Source: Raillietiella orientalis (taxonomy: Eukaryota). Taken from it: a DNA stretch of 64,000 nt. This document shows positions 10,995 through 25,100 of the stretch, piece by piece. The translations under genes and the position numbers were made by a program. The first letter of the stretch is position 1. Every line of letters begins with the position of its first letter. The stretch spans positions 682,001-746,000 of the forward strand of contig JAYWIR010000046.1 of NCBI GenBank assembly GCA_036172245.1. Direction: 5' to 3'. The notes beneath the pieces were generated by a model, which had not been told where the DNA came from, made no database searches, and worked only from the letters and a program-made list of their open reading frames with translations.

Positions 10995-12764
10995 ATGGGA
11001 TTCCAAATCTTACTGAAGCCAAGGGAGTCCTTCTTGTTACTGATAACCACCGGGCTACCCAACGAGGTTCTCTTCGAGGAGTGTGAGAGAAGAGACAAAA
11101 TCAAAATTTCGAAGTGGTTATTAGTAGTAGTAGAAAGGAGGTTCGCTGGTGAACGGTTATGGTTCTCCCGAAACGGACTGTACGCAAGAGTGCAGGTGGT
11201 AAGGAGCAACAAAGGCGGTTCGAAAGAGAGCTCCAGACACAAGAGGTGTGAAGAAGTCTTGTCATTACCGACCAGGGACAGTTGTTTTGCGGAGGATTCG
11301 TAGCTCCCAGAAGAACACAGAGCTGCTAATCCGCAACTGTTACCTTTCCAACATCTGATAGGCCAGATAGCTCAAGACCTCAAGACGATTTGTGTTTCCA
11401 AAGCTCGGCACTGCCGGCCCTGCAAAAAGCTAGCGAAGTCCACTTGATTGGCCTCTTTGAAGAAACAATCTGTGCGCTATCGTACGTCAAACTCGTGACC
11501 ATCATGCTGGAAGGTGTGCATGTCGGATGGTAGCTGCTTCATCGAGCACGAGGTCGTGTGGAACTTCCTGTCGCAATACGGTGAAGTTCAGAAAGTGATG
11601 CTCCGTAACTTAATGGCGGAGGCATTCACGGGAAAGGCAGCGGCGAAAATCAAATTGTTTGAAGACGCCAAGATACCAGGAGAAGTGTGCATCGACGTGC
11701 ACTCCTAAAACGCGTAGTTCCATTACCTCCAGCAACCCACGTTCTGAGCGGGCTGCAAGCAGTTCGGGCATCGGCTTGGTGCTTATACGGAAACACGCTG
11801 TTTCAAATGTGGCCAGCAGGCCCATTTCATAAGCGCCTGCATGAGGTCACCGCAGTGCCACCACTGCGAAGAATCGGGACACATCAAGAGGGAATGTCCG
11901 AGGTTCTCGAAGTGACTTGAGGCCCAGGGACTGCTCTCCAGCTGAAGTGCAAAGCAAAGAGCAGGAAGAAAAAGTGGAACCCTCCAGCACTAGCAGGGCC
12001 GTGGGCTTCACGGAAGTCAAAAAAAAGAAAGAAAAGAAGAAGGGAAAGGACGCGGACGAAGAGCTTCCTCTCTCCTCAGTAGCGCCGGAGGAATTGTGCG
12101 TAATGGAGAAGAAGCAACAGGCGATGGGGCTGGAAGAAGAGCTAGCCACCCTGTTTGAGACCATCTGCCCAGAGAACACGGAGGAGAGCAGAACAGAATC
12201 TTGCTCCGCATCTCCTCTCTCCAGGAAGAAGTCCTCTCCATGGTCGTGAACGACCGCATGAGATTCCAAGTGGTAGGCATCCTCAACGAGGTGAAGACCA
12301 AAATCGAGATCTTGGAAAAAGAGGCAGAGCTTCCCGCCAGGTCAGCCAGGCGTGCCGGCTGAGAAGCACGCTCAATAGAAGCCCCAGCCGAAGACACCAC
12401 GGACTATGTGGAGTCCGAGAGCGAAATGAGGGAGATCGCTTCTTCTAGGAGGAGGCCGATGGAGTCTCCCAAGCAGAAGACAAGAGCATCAAGAATGAAG
12501 GATTCGCCATGGCTTTCTTCTTGTCTTTTAGCCAGGAGTATCAAGATTGCTTCCTGGAACGTGAATGTCAAGTGGAACCAGGAGAAGAGAACAAGGATCA
12601 TGCGCACCATTGAGCGTAAGACATCGAGTATCTACAAGAGACTCACGAGGCGGGCGACTGTTGTACTGAGGTACAACAGTCTCCCGTCAGTTAACGATTG
12701 TTGTACAATTGTAACCTAAAATTATTGAATAAATTCACCCCCCTACGAGTCGGACTGGGGAAAA
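10995..12764 (+). mobile_element. L1/Tx1-like LINE family A, internally deleted copy (ORF1, start of APE endonuclease, then 3' terminus)
   Basis: ORF1-like NFLSQYGEVQKV, two CCHC knuckles, IKIASWNVN...YLQETHE at about 12540-12650, then the family 3' terminal motif aataaattcaccccc...ggactggggaaaa at 12728-12764. The 5' boundary is uncertain. Confidence 0.8.
11799..11897 (+). pseudogene. Tandem CCHC zinc knuckles of LINE ORF1 (gag-like)
   Basis: Translates to CFKCGQQAHFISAC-MRSPQ-CHHCEESGHIKREC, two perfect CX2CX4HX4C motifs. Not shown in the ORF track. Confidence 0.9.
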
Positions 12765-12899
12765 CTGCTGAACGATGTGCAGCTCTCCTGTCGCATTCCT
12801 GATGAGCATGCTCAAGTAGAAGCAACATCAAAATCTTTTCGCATGTGCACGTGTATGAGAAGGGGGATTTGAAGCATCCTGCGCGAGATGCTGTCAATC

Positions 12900-15800
12900 T
12901 CCTCTTTCAAAGATCCCATGTGATCACGGTGGAGGAGGTCACGATGCGGATGGAGACTTTGTTGCTCTGTCCATATTCACAGTGTGCCACGATCACATGG
13001 TGAAGGCAGCGCAGAGCTATTTTTGCTTCAGTTCTGAGACCGCTTCGAGGCGAAGCTCCTGGACCGGCTAGCGTTGCCCCAGGGGTAAGCGGAGCCTCTG
13101 CCACCCTCTTGCAGCCTTCGCCGGTTCTGCGACTTTCGCTTCGTTCCTCGAGTCCTCTTTCCGTGCTCGCTCAAGAAGAGGAAGACGAAGGAAAGCGACG
13201 ACCGGCAGCAGAGTCGGTTGGCCCTCGGTCGCTCACGACTCCTCGCGCTGTTTCGGAAAGGAGGATGACGCTGCAAGTTCCCAAGTAGGGGACGGGAGGA
13301 TCGACGCGGCGGCGGTTTCCAAGGTAACCTTGCGTAGTCGACCCGGCTCTTCAATGTCAATGGAGGGGGAGGCGGCCAGTCGAGGGGACTCCGCACGGCC
13401 CGTGTCTGGAAATTCCTCGTGGCGCTGCATCAGCGGCGCGCGCGCACCGGTTGATGAGGCGGGAAGACTCCCTGGGAATGCTCCCGAGCCGGGGCGGAGC
13501 CCCTCCGTCTCAACGCTTCCGAGAAGCCTCGCCTGGTTGCCGCTCCATTCCCCCGGGCGCTCTTCCCAGCAGCGAGGCCTTCCCTAAGCGGCCGCGAGTC
13601 GGAGCTCCTTCCTTTCTGGCGCCCGCTCCTCGCGATCCCCTGCGTGACTGGCGCTGCAACCGGGGTTCCCGAACGGGAGGGAGTTCGGGAAACCTATGAT
13701 GCGGTCTGCCTCGGGGCTCCTATGCGACGATCTGCCTAGCGCCAGAATCGTTTCGTCAGTGGTCGCAGCCCTTGCGCCGCCTCTGCGGCACCGTGGTCGA
13801 TCCATCGTTCTGCTAGCGGTCAGCAGTCCTTGCGCCACTTCTTCCACGCCACAATCCTTTTGCAATCTCGCTAACATCACGATCGTTTCATCGTTCTGCC
13901 TACGTCACAGTTCTTTCCGAATTGCCCCCGTGGGCATGGCAATCATTTCTTTGATGTCGCAACCGTCGCGGGCGCTCTCGGCGCATGATGTAGCCACTGA
14001 AGACGCGCCACTGGCGCCGCGACGATGGTCTCGACCATCGCAACTCTTGGGCTATTGCCACGGTGGTCGACCGCGTTCGCGTCGCGAAGATGCGGCGTAG
14101 CCGCGTAAAGCCGTCAGCTGTTGAGCCTCTTGAGTCAGCTCCCGAGCCGGGAGTGAAGCAAAGATCTGACGCTGCTTCGGCTGAGGGTGCCTGCTCGAAG
14201 GAGGGTGTAATTCCGGAACTCCGAAGTCTTGAGCCGCGGGAGGAAGGGATGCTTCCAATGACCACGTCCGTCGCCAACTCGCGTGGAAGCTGCAGACGAG
14301 GATGCCCTTGGTCGACGAGGTGCCGCTCAGAGTATCCGGAGGTTTCCAGAGTAGGAATACGAACGAGAGTCCGTGAGGAAGATCAAGGGATGAGACAGCT
14401 CCTCGGAAGAGGAAAGACCTTTCGTCGGCTACGGCGACACGACCACCTCTCTCCCTTGGAGCTGCACGTGCCGCCTCTCGCGACAGGAAGGATGGGTTCA
14501 GAGAGGTCTCTGAAGGTCAGTGTAGGATCCCCCGAGATGACAGAGGATGGCAGACGGCGCAGAGGAGCGGAGTCCGCGATGTGCCGACAAGCGCCGTTCC
14601 TTCCTTAAGCCGGTTTCGGGAAGCCAACGAGGTCCCGGTGCATCGCGGTAAGCATCTTCAGGGTCTGGACGGACATCCACAATCCCGAAAGGTTGCACTT
14701 TCAACAGCCAGGAGTCAAGGCAGTGATTCTACAGGAATGCCGAGCTCTCTCTCCCTCTCTCTCCATGGAAGAGGGGTAGGGCGGAAGAACTCGTGGAGCC
14801 TGACTACGAGCGATGGCCGACGAGGTCCTCCCTTCCAAGAAGGGAAACTGCTTCCAAGGGGAGAACCTGAGCTGGAAGGGGCCGTCTGGGAGGGTTCGTT
14901 CCAACAAAACGGATAAATCTGTCCCAAGCCACCTGGTGGCTACCGAGGTGCTGGTAGCACCAGCACGTCGTCTGCCTGACCTACCAGAGCGCGCATTCAG
15001 CTCGGCATCCTCCTCACCTCCGGATCCCGCTTTCCCTCCTCCTATTTTCCTCCCGCGTACGCATTGAAAAACCGGCTGAGAGCAAACCCCGCGTTCCATC
15101 CACACCCGAAGCTGGCGCTGACCTGGAGGTCTGGAGAGCTCGAGAGCTGGAGCGCAGGACTTCTTCGGGAGCACGCCCCGTCCTTCTGCTTACGCCGGGC
15201 GGCGGTCGCAACCGAAGAGGACCGTCGTCCGCTCGGGAGATCGGAGCGCGTCCAAGTCAGACCCAAAGAGGATGCTTGTAGCGGGCTCCAGTCCCCCGTT
15301 TCCATGGGGCCGGCCCTCGCCAGGCCGGGAGGCTCGGTTTTCTGCGGAGGCGCCCGCTCCGGAGCGCGTCCGTTGGAGACCCGCAGATGGGAGCCACGGG
15401 AAGCAACCATCCGGGGTAAAGTGGTGGCGTGGGAGCGGCACGCGCGCTCATCGCACGCACCCACGCTCGAGGATGCGTGGCACAGCTTCGAGGGGGTGTG
15501 GAACACTCTCGCAGGAGCGGTCCCACGCACACGCACGCTCGTCCTCCCCCGAGCGCCGATTGAGATGCGGGTGGATGCGCCCGCTGCCTGCCTGCACTTG
15601 GGATGCACATCTGAGCGAATGCGCCGCGGCAAGAAGGGAGGGGAGGGGGGCATGAGGAGGAGAGATGAGCGATCCCGGATCGCCGCAAGAACTGTTCCAT
15701 CTAAAAATGAGTGCGCCTCCACCTCGCATCCGACCGTTGGGTGGCGCGCATCCCGGAGGAACCGCGGCTATTAATAGAGCGAACTTTGGAGCGAACAGTC

Positions 15801-15900
15801 CAATTCACGCGGGAGCGGGTTTGAGGAATTTTCCGGAGTCGGGAACGGGGCGGAGGGTAGAAGGGCAGCTTCGAAGTGCGCTTAAGACCCCTACCTCCAG
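12900..15900 (-). mobile_element. GC-rich decayed segment, possibly LINE 5'UTR plus ORF1
   Basis: High GC with S/R/P-rich broken frames and weak ORF1-like peptides (KVQPFGIVDVR, HVQLQGREVVVS). It lies immediately downstream of a LINE 3' end. No diagnostic motif. Confidence 0.3.
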
Positions 15901-16260
15901 CCCTTCCGAGGGTGCCTGACCACGCGGTCCCGGTCCTCTTTCCTGGCTCCAATGGGGTTTTTTTGCTCCCCCCCATGACGCGATCCCTCCGCCGGGTTTC
16001 GCTCGGTTCGGCGGGAAGGGATCACTGATGCTGCTGGTGCCGCATCATCCCTTTCAGGATGCTGGCAAGCTCTTGTTTGTTGTGAACATCCAGGTGGGGC
16101 CATCGCGACGCCCTCCTCAGGAATTGGGAGGCGCACTGTATGGCGTCCTGATCGCTAGGTCCTCCCGTCGCCGTGCTCCATGCGGCGACGATCCCACGAA
16201 GGCAGCACAAGGCTGCTCGACTACCGATGCATTCCGCACGAAGGGACGCTTCAAAATGAC
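15900..16260 (-). mobile_element. 5'-truncated LINE family B 3' fragment
   Basis: CCLRGIVAAW...LRRASRWPHLDVHNKQELASILKGMMRHQQHQ* aligns by eye with the ORF2 C-terminus at 24820-25002 (CCLCGIVAT...RKETRWRDLCRRKKETISILRRMLRTP). Confidence 0.7.
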
Positions 16261-19129
16261 TCTCCAGAACTCTTGTTCAGATACCTTTCTCACACACTGG
16301 AGCTGAAGCTTTTACTTTTGTCGCTTCTGTTTCATTCCGTTCTGTTGCATTTCTTCTGAGATTAGATTCGTTTTAAATTTCAGCGCGAATTTTCGTGTTA
16401 AAATTTAGCGTACATGTAGAATTTCTTCTTCTTGCGATGGATATATTTTTCTTGGAATGGTCCGTCGGAAGATTTTTTAGGTAATCAAAAAAGCAAACCG
16501 AAAAAGGGAAGAAAGGGAAGGCAGTCAGGAAGTGATTCTCGAGGAACAAAAGCACGAAATTACTATGATGCAGTGATGAAACTTTGATTTCCATGCAGTT
16601 GCCAATTCTCATCCATCAGATGCGGATTTGACTTTGCTTGTTTCCTTTTTCTACGATGCGTTGTACGTCACTTTAGGGAAACCCGGGATGCTGAATCAAA
16701 CCGATACCAAACGACAAGGATGTGAAGTGAGCTTGCGATGCCCAAATACAGTACCACTTTCCCGCCATGACACTTTTCATTCTCCTTTCGAGATCTTTCG
16801 ACGTACAAAGCTTCCACAATAATCTTGTAACAGCCAGCTGCTTCCAGCATTCATTCGCAGACTCTTAAAAATAAAGAGTGCCTCATGAAGATGCTTGCAC
16901 AGTGTCTCACAATGAGAGACACCGTGCAAGGGATGACCACGCCACAACTTTAAGTAAGCCTTCCCACGTTGTACACGAACTGCATAACGTCGAGAGAAGT
17001 GAACTGTCTTTCTGAACAAAATTTTTGGTTTGTACATTTTCCACCACTTAAACTGGTGATCCGCGGATGATGTCTACAAACCCCTCTGAGAATGTCCTCT
17101 AAATGATTGGGAAACGAGAAAGTGTAGGGGGCTGAAGGTACAGGAATCACGCAAGCTGCGGAGTTGAGTGGGTGGCAGGAACAGGGCTCTGCCACTAGAG
17201 GCTAGGAGTCGAATTGTGGTTCCCTGATTTCAGTACATTCGAATGATCAGAATCTGCTTGGAGAGGGATCCATTGTCAAAGGAGCACAAGGAACCTGTGT
17301 GAGCTTGATAGATGTGAGGAAGGAACAATTATAATTGAAATTATCAACAGAATGAAATAAAGGAAGAAAATCTGCGAATCCCGCTTGATGATTGTTGACT
17401 AGTGGATGGCTGGTTCGTGAATCAGTAATGAAATCCAGCATACTATGGAAGATGAGCAGGCAGCAGATGGTGGTCAGGATTACTGTAGGATAACTGTGAA
17501 AAAAGTAATGGGGAATATGGATTTCCAATTACATGGAACACGACTAAATCCATCTGCAGCATCACAGGTGGATTCTGATTCTATTGAGCTACTTTCGACA
17601 TGTTAGAATGGTAATAAGAGTGCTTTAAGTAGCGAGATAGGAGGGTGGAGGGTCAAAAAGACATTCTAATGAGTTTGGAGTGGCTAATGGTCTTGGCCAT
17701 TTGTTTGTCGCTCGATCATTCTGGGATGATGAATATGAATACGAATTGCAGAGTGGTGGAGAGAGATGATGGAACCTAAGAACGAAATCACATTCGGAAT
17801 TCGTTTCATGTCTGTGTGTTCTCCGGGTTGTTGAGTTCCGCCGTCTCTTCGAATCCTGGAGAACATCACAGAAAGGAGCTCCTTGAACGTGGAGAGGGAT
17901 TGAGTGCTAAGTGGGAGTGATTAGGAAACGTTCCCGTTATTAGGAGAAATTATTGAATGCAACCGGCAATATTTGAGCATGCAGCCCAAGCAGAACAGAG
18001 GAAATGTGTCATAATGCAGTAGATATCTTGAAGAAAAAAGGCTGCCACAAATGAGTTAAAGAGTGAAGAGAAAGGCGGACCTTAGACATCACTGGAAGCG
18101 CACATCGATGAAAGATCATGAAAAAGTATTGAGTTGAAAATGTTGATCGGAAATGCTCAATTCCAGAGACAATCGTGGGGACTGAGGACAAGTGGACTCG
18201 TGTGTTGGCACCCGCCGTGAATGTGTGGCTGTTTGTACTGTGAATATTAGCGTTCCGATGCCAGGCCGAGACGAGAAATTCCAGAAGTTCTTTTTCTGCG
18301 CCCTGCTGAACAACATGACGTGGGCAGTTATTCTGAACCTGGTTGAATTGGGAGCAGAATTCAGTCTCTCTCAAATACAAGAACAGATGTTGGAAACGAG
18401 TTAGGGCAAGTAATGTACAGCCGAATATTAATGGCGCTTTCTAGGGCGTGCGAGGTTAGTACGAACAGCACTGCTTAGGTGAGAAGCAGACTGTGGTGAA
18501 AGGAGTGTTTGACGACAGTGCTTGCAATAACGATTGTTCTGATGCAGGAATTTTATTCTACGAGGTTTGTAGAGTCGGATGATTTTCATCAGATGGAATT
18601 TATGATGTGCTTATCCCTCTGATTCTCGATCTTTTCATGATGCTGATTTGATCAAAGAGGCTTGTGCTTTTAAGTTTTCCGAAGGCTGTCATTCTGTGCA
18701 CATACGTTGCTATAGGAGAAGACGATCAATTGAAACAGCAATAATCTGATCAGAAGAGTCGCAGTACCATCGGAAAAGCCAGTGGAAACTAACGATAGTA
18801 GCCACAAGAGACCACTTCACGATTGTAACGGTTGCTTTAGCAACGAGGACAGTGACCCTTACGACGCTAGCTATAATCGCGAAAGAAACACGGATTGGAA
18901 CTTGCTCTTCCAGCCGAAAAAAAGCAAGCCCACAAGATCTACTGACGGGCTGACAGGTTGGAGAGAAGAGGGAATCCCAGTAGCACTGCTTGCCACTCAA
19001 AGAATGTTCGAGGAAAGCAGCATGAGAAAAGTGAAGGATGAATGAAGTGACAATTGCAGATGCGAATCAGCGTAACGTGCGGCCTTCGTTCTCGATGGAA
19101 AGGAAATTGCTACTAAATTCAGCCTACAG

Positions 19130-22100
19130 TTCGCATCTCTTATCCATCACCCGATAACTCCCAGTTCCCTATAGGCCCCCACCCAACGACTCATCACGGT
19201 CGCACGCTGTGCTGCCAACCAACCGGACACTGGCTACGCAACCGCACTTGATCATGTGACCTTCCTGTGTATATGCAGTTACCAAATACGTATCCACCGA
19301 GCTATCCAGTCAGTTCCCAGCATCCAGTTCAAACCAGACTATTGCCCCACGGTGAATTTGTCAAAACCAGTGAAGTTCTTTTAGCAGCCAATATCCATTG
19401 TCCAAGATGAAGACGTGTGGGTGTTATCAAGATTTGCAGTGAACAAGGTGGGGTCTGCTAACTCAGTGCGCACAAAGTCCCCTACGTCACAGTTCTTTGG
19501 GCAGGGGAACCTTCCAAATACGCTTCCCCTCAGAATTGGCCCAAGATGCAGCAAACGGAGGGGATAGTCAGCATGAAAAGTACATGCAGTACATCTCGCT
19601 GATGAGGAAAGGGGATTCAACTCCATCACCTCTGAGCATTTGGGCTGCGTGTGGGAGTTCTACTGTCAACTACCGACTGCTGGCACGCCGTACCCGAGGC
19701 CGTGGACAGAAGGATGGCTTCCTTGTCTTCTTGGAGTATCCTTCGCTCGCTTCAGGCATGACCACCAACAATGCCTAGGAGGTATCTCTCCTATCGGAAC
19801 CCTGTAACGCCTCTTCTTGAAGGAAACGTCCCACTAGACCCAATGGAGGTGTCTGCTGAGTTTAAGAAAGGACGCAGACACAAGGGCATCGCACTCCACC
19901 AAGGGATGCGGGATCGCTTAGACCCCTACCGCATTGCATGCAGTATCCAGGGACGCGTTTTCACTTGTTGTTTTGTGGGACGCACTGATTGCATGGAAAA
20001 ACTCCGAGATGTAAAAAGAGCACCATCTGTTCACTGGATCCGAGATACCAGAAGGATCCATAGTCACGCCGAGGACGATGGGCGAGATTAGCCTACTCTC
20101 CAGATCTCAGCGTCTGGCCATTGAGGACGCCATGCTCCCAATGGTGACATCGTTTGGGTCAGGAGGAAGAGGAGACTCCTACAGCGTATCTGCTCTTGAA
20201 GGTGCATCCCTTTTCATTCTCGAAATCCCAAATCAAAAGTCGCTAGCATTCTGAACATATCCGATGGAAGCAAAAGAGACGTTTGAGTACTCGGAGTCAG
20301 CTGCTTTTTATTTTAGTAGTTGAGATCTCTGCTGGAACTTCAATGACCTTACTAGCAGGCAAATCATCCTCACCGTCTCGATCTTGGAACTTCCGGAGTG
20401 AAGGTCTTGATGCCTGCGTATTCAAAGGATTGGCAGGATTTGCCAGATTGACTGGAAAACGCAAGAGGTCGATGATCTGCGTGGTCATCTCTTCATGGCC
20501 ATTGAGGAAGCGCCTCCCCTCGGAACGCTCGAAGGATGCGCAGCTTTTCTGGAGGAAAGAGAAATTCCTCCGGAGATTCTGCGCAGCGGAAATCAAAGTA
20601 ACAGCAGCAAGCCAGAAGCGCTGTTCTGGATGAGATTCCAGAGGTGAAAAAACGCAAGCTGAAAAACAGAAAGGAAACAAGAAACTTTGAAGTGCTGGTG
20701 CCCAACAGCCTTTCCTTAGGGACGCAACCGTTTGTCGTGAGCATGGACACCCATCCTCAGCCAAGCCAAATTTCGTCGGAACAGGCTTCTGAAAGAGGGG
20801 AGGAAACGACAGATGGAACGGGATGGAAAGTGGTAATATCCAAAAAGAAAGGGAAAGAACCTCTCCCAAAACCGGAAAAAGTTGCGATAATGAGAAAGCG
20901 ACCGCTAAGCAGCCTCAGGGCTGCAAGATGACGCTTCAGCGGATTCGTGCGATCGACGCGACAATCGGAAACGTTGTGAAAGCAGCCACGGAAAGCAGCC
21001 ATGATTAACAAGCCGATCGATAGCAAAGAAGGTCGTTACACCGCTGCTGCCATCTCTTCAGAGAAGGTAATGACGCCAACATCTTCGAACGTAAAGGTCT
21101 CGGAAAAAAAACAAGGGCGTGAGGCGTCCCGCGGAGGGCAGCCTCAGCATGGCTACCGACTCTGACTTGGATGTGGTAAGCACCAGTGGAGACACGGAAG
21201 CAACGGGAACCACCTCAAAGAGGTCTAAACTCCAACATAGAATGAATCCCTCCCAGGGAAAAGATTCATCAGCTCTGGAAGCCGATAAGACGCAGGCGGG
21301 CTCCCAGGAGTCCTCCTCGAAAAGGATCCTTCGTTCCGGACGGAGGACAAAGGTGAAGGAGGACGAGCAGAAGAGAGAGGTCATTCCTCTATCTCTTTCA
21401 TCACTGACAACCGTCCCACCTGAGCAAAAGGTGGGAACCGTAGCACTGATATGCCAACAGTAACACGTGCGTTCGGCTCCTGCCGGCAACTGCGTGTAGC
21501 CTGCTGGAATGTCAACGGGCTGCGCAACGACGGCAGGAGAAGAGGTGCAGCCGTCTCTTTGGGACCGTTCGATCTGGTGCTTCTGTAAGAAGTCCACGGA
21601 TCTCTGCAAAAGAAATCGAGGAAATTGAAGCGGTCGCGGGCGGCAAGCTCCATTGGCGTTGCGACTCGACGCATTCGTGCGGGGTCGTCGAGACCTTTTT
21701 GTCGAGACCAGCTCTCGATGGTTCAGTTCGACGAGGAAAGTCGAGTAGAACAACTTGTGCTCAATTGGTACTAATCGATCGACATCGTCGTGGCGAAAAT
21801 ATACGCACCAAGTGGCTACAACATGCGTGGGGCGATGACCAGATTCTTCTAAGCCCTGAAACGCGGCTGGTTGTAAAAGCAGGCACGCGGAGAGCCCATT
21901 TGATAGTGGGAGATTTCAACTTCCAGGAAGAGCCCTGCTTCCAAGAAGGGATAGCGTCAGCTCAACCTGTGGTGCACAGCAATGCACACGTGCAACTTGT
22001 TGACTGAGGTCATCGGCATGGAAAACAGCATCGTTCGCGTCTTTCTCAATGACCACCTGCGCTCACAGGCTGCTTATCGTGGAAAGGTGCGAAAGATGTT

Positions 22101-25100
22101 ATCGGACCAGGACCGAATTAAGCTGGAAGTACCCCCACGCAGGAAATGTCCCCTTTTCGAGGCGTGATGCCTACCAAGGGATTGGCATCACCTCCCGGAG
22201 GCTGCAGAAAACCTCTGCAACTTGCTGCGAGATGTAAACGTACAGCAACTCAAAGACGGTGACGAAATAAAACGCCCGGTTGGAGAGTTCTGCACGAGAT
22301 TCCCTATAGACCATCCCCCTACTGGCATAACGAGCCCGCGTAACTCCAAGTTCAGTGCTTGCAGAAAATGCCACGAAACTTCGTCGGTTGGCCGAGATGA
22401 AGGCCAGTGATTAGCAACAAGTCTGGCATTCCAAACAATCAAATTGATGGATGACCACGGCCAAGAGCTCTGATTCCTGTCAGAAATACGACGCATGGTG
22501 CACCAATTATATTCCTCTTTGTACGCGAGAACACCACTGGTACGCGACTTCGCTCAGCGGTTTCTGTCTGAAGGCATTCCCGAGATCAGGAAGGAGTCGC
22601 GAACTCTCTTGAGCGAGCGTTCACGACGAGAGACATCATTTCCGCCATCGGAGAGCTTAAGAGGAAAGGATGTGGACCAGCACCAGGGGTGGACGGCCTG
22701 CCGGCTAAATGTCACCAATGTTTCGAGGCAGAGCTGACCCCACTGGAACACGCTGATTCGGGAGACAAGCGAGGTACCCTCCTCCTTCCCATCAGCAAGA
22801 GTACGTCACCTCCCAAAGGGAAGAGACCACACCATAAGCAACTGGTGTCCGATTACCATGATCACCACGGACTCCAAGCTGCCCTCGAAGCCGAGGACAC
22901 ATTGCCTGGTGCGTTCAGTTGATAGTTTGAAACGTTTATCAGTCCGGAACAGACGTGCGCTGTTCTCGGACGAAGTGTGGAAGCGAACCTGTTCCTGTCC
23001 AGCTCCTGGTTTCAATTTCATTAAAGAGTTGCTCCAGTCAAAGAAAGGAAAACTAAATTCTGAGATGAATACAATTTGCAAAGCTACCTTTAGTCAAAGG
23101 CGTCGGGAGTCTTTGCAGTCGCAGTCGATTTGCAAGAGGCATTCCACAGCGTCGACCAACAGCTCCTTTTGAAACTTCTGAAACGCATAGAATTCCCGGA
23201 TGTCCTCCTGGCCTACCTGTGCTACTGATGGTGCAACGCAATGATTAATATTGTTTTCAACAGCCGACCTGTGTGCGGCGTGCCGGCACGTGTCGTTTAC
23301 CAACGGGTTCGGCAAGAACACGTTGGTAAATCCTTTGTACTTCAGCACCTACTTCGAGTTGATGCTGAGAGCGTACGGGACAACTCTTTCTGCCCTTCCC
23401 AGCTCGTGATCTTCCACGCCTGCTTAGTCGGCCAACGCCGACGATCCTCTGCTCCTGCTACCCATGTCGGCTCCGGTAGCATCTCTACCTCGATTCCTCG
23501 AGCTGAATCATCGGGGAGCTGGCATGCGTAGAAACCAGGCGAAGTCGACTGTGCTTCCCGTGGATGCGGCATGGGCAGGATAACCGGACCGGATCCTCTT
23601 GGGGATCCCCACGGTCAGCTGCTTCAAGTACATGGGAGTCCCGTTGGGGGATTTCTGCGCAGCAGAAACCTGGTCCGGTTGCCTCCAAAAGCCAGAATCG
23701 GTGCCCAGCCCGCTCCTCAATGGCAAGTTTCTCTTGACGGAACGGGCTGTCCTCTAGAACACGTTCCCTCCCCCGATCCCTGCTTTTTGTTTGTCCTCCT
23801 CCCGAGGATGTGAAAAAGAGGACGGCGGACCTTCTGAGAAAAGTCTTCTGGGGAACGCAGAGGTCTCGGGTTTGCTGGTAAGGACTCGTGCCCGCTGCCA
23901 CTTCGGAACGCCGACTCGGCGTCCTGACGCTGGAGCGGACAGCTCCAGTTTGAAAGATAAGCTCTAGCGACGACGTTTTCGACGGTGGCCATTGGCGCGT
24001 CCTAGTCAGACTCCGGGCCAAGAGAGGAGCCAGCCGGCGCCGAAGGACTCAGTATGTTCCTCGTGCACGGCCACCGACAGTTGCCCCGATGAGAGTATCA
24101 ACTCTGGAAAATGGTTGTCTTGGTCCAGGATAACAAATGAATTTGCTGCTGTCCCGCCAACTGTAGTACCTGGAACAGGAAACAGTTCGGGCATGGGAGA
24201 AAAGAAACGTACGAGCCCGGAGCCATCGCGATGCCTGCGATTCTCGAACCGCTCTCGCTGCTCGTTGCAGGAAATCATGGGTTGCTCGAGGAAGACCACC
24301 TGGGCACGCAACACCCCACTTGCAGCCACGCTCAGTGCAATCCAACGAAGTGGAAGTAGAGATGGCCTTGCGAGATGGGAAGTATCCTGCGAGATCTCAG
24401 GAAAGAAGCAGCAGCTGGGATGCTGAACGGCGCATCAACTGGCTGACGCTGCTACCCCTGTCACTCTCCCCAAAGGAATTCTTTGTTGGATGGAGCTTCT
24501 GAACACGGTTCCCTCAGTGTTTGTGAACGGCTCCACGCTTCCCCTGAAGTGGCAGGACTCGGCATTGCAGTTGTTGCACTGGGCGATCCCATGCAACGCG
24601 CGAGTCCACCAATGGACAAGAGGAAGTGTAGTCCCAGACCGTGCCAGATGCAGCGGACGGAAAACCTTTCCACACCAGTTGGATTGTGTTGCCCTCCTGA
24701 GTATTCGGGGACGCTCGGCTGCGGCCCTCCCACTCCCGATGGATAACGGCAGAGTGGTCTTGAAGTGCCTCTTCGCGCGCGCCTCGATGTCGCCTGCAGC
24801 TTCTCTTGCAGCTCCGTGCTGCCTTTGCGGGATCGTGGCGACGAGAAGCCGCGCCGAAACAGAACAGTCGAACGGCAAAGTCATCTCGACCGTGTGCTCG
24901 CTCACGAGGAAGGAGACAAGGTGGCGAGATCTCTGCCGACGAAAGAAGGAAACTATCAGCATCCTCCGAAGGATGCTGAGGACGCCAGAAAAAAATCTGT
25001 GAGTCCCCTCCCCCAACGCATTTTGAAACTAAGCTTTTGTGTGTAGGTTTTTCGTTTCTGTTTACCCTTTCTACCGCTTCTATGGTGTGGGCTCCGTCGA

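Noticed and set aside
15042..15774. Overlapping 226-aa and 236-aa ORFs
   Set aside because: Expected by chance in very GC-rich DNA; R/A/P/S-rich with no motif.
16880..17000. SWIM-like LCKHL on the minus strand (also KCVHL near 63690)
   Set aside because: Spacing is imperfect and no adjacent MULE catalytic motifs were recognised.
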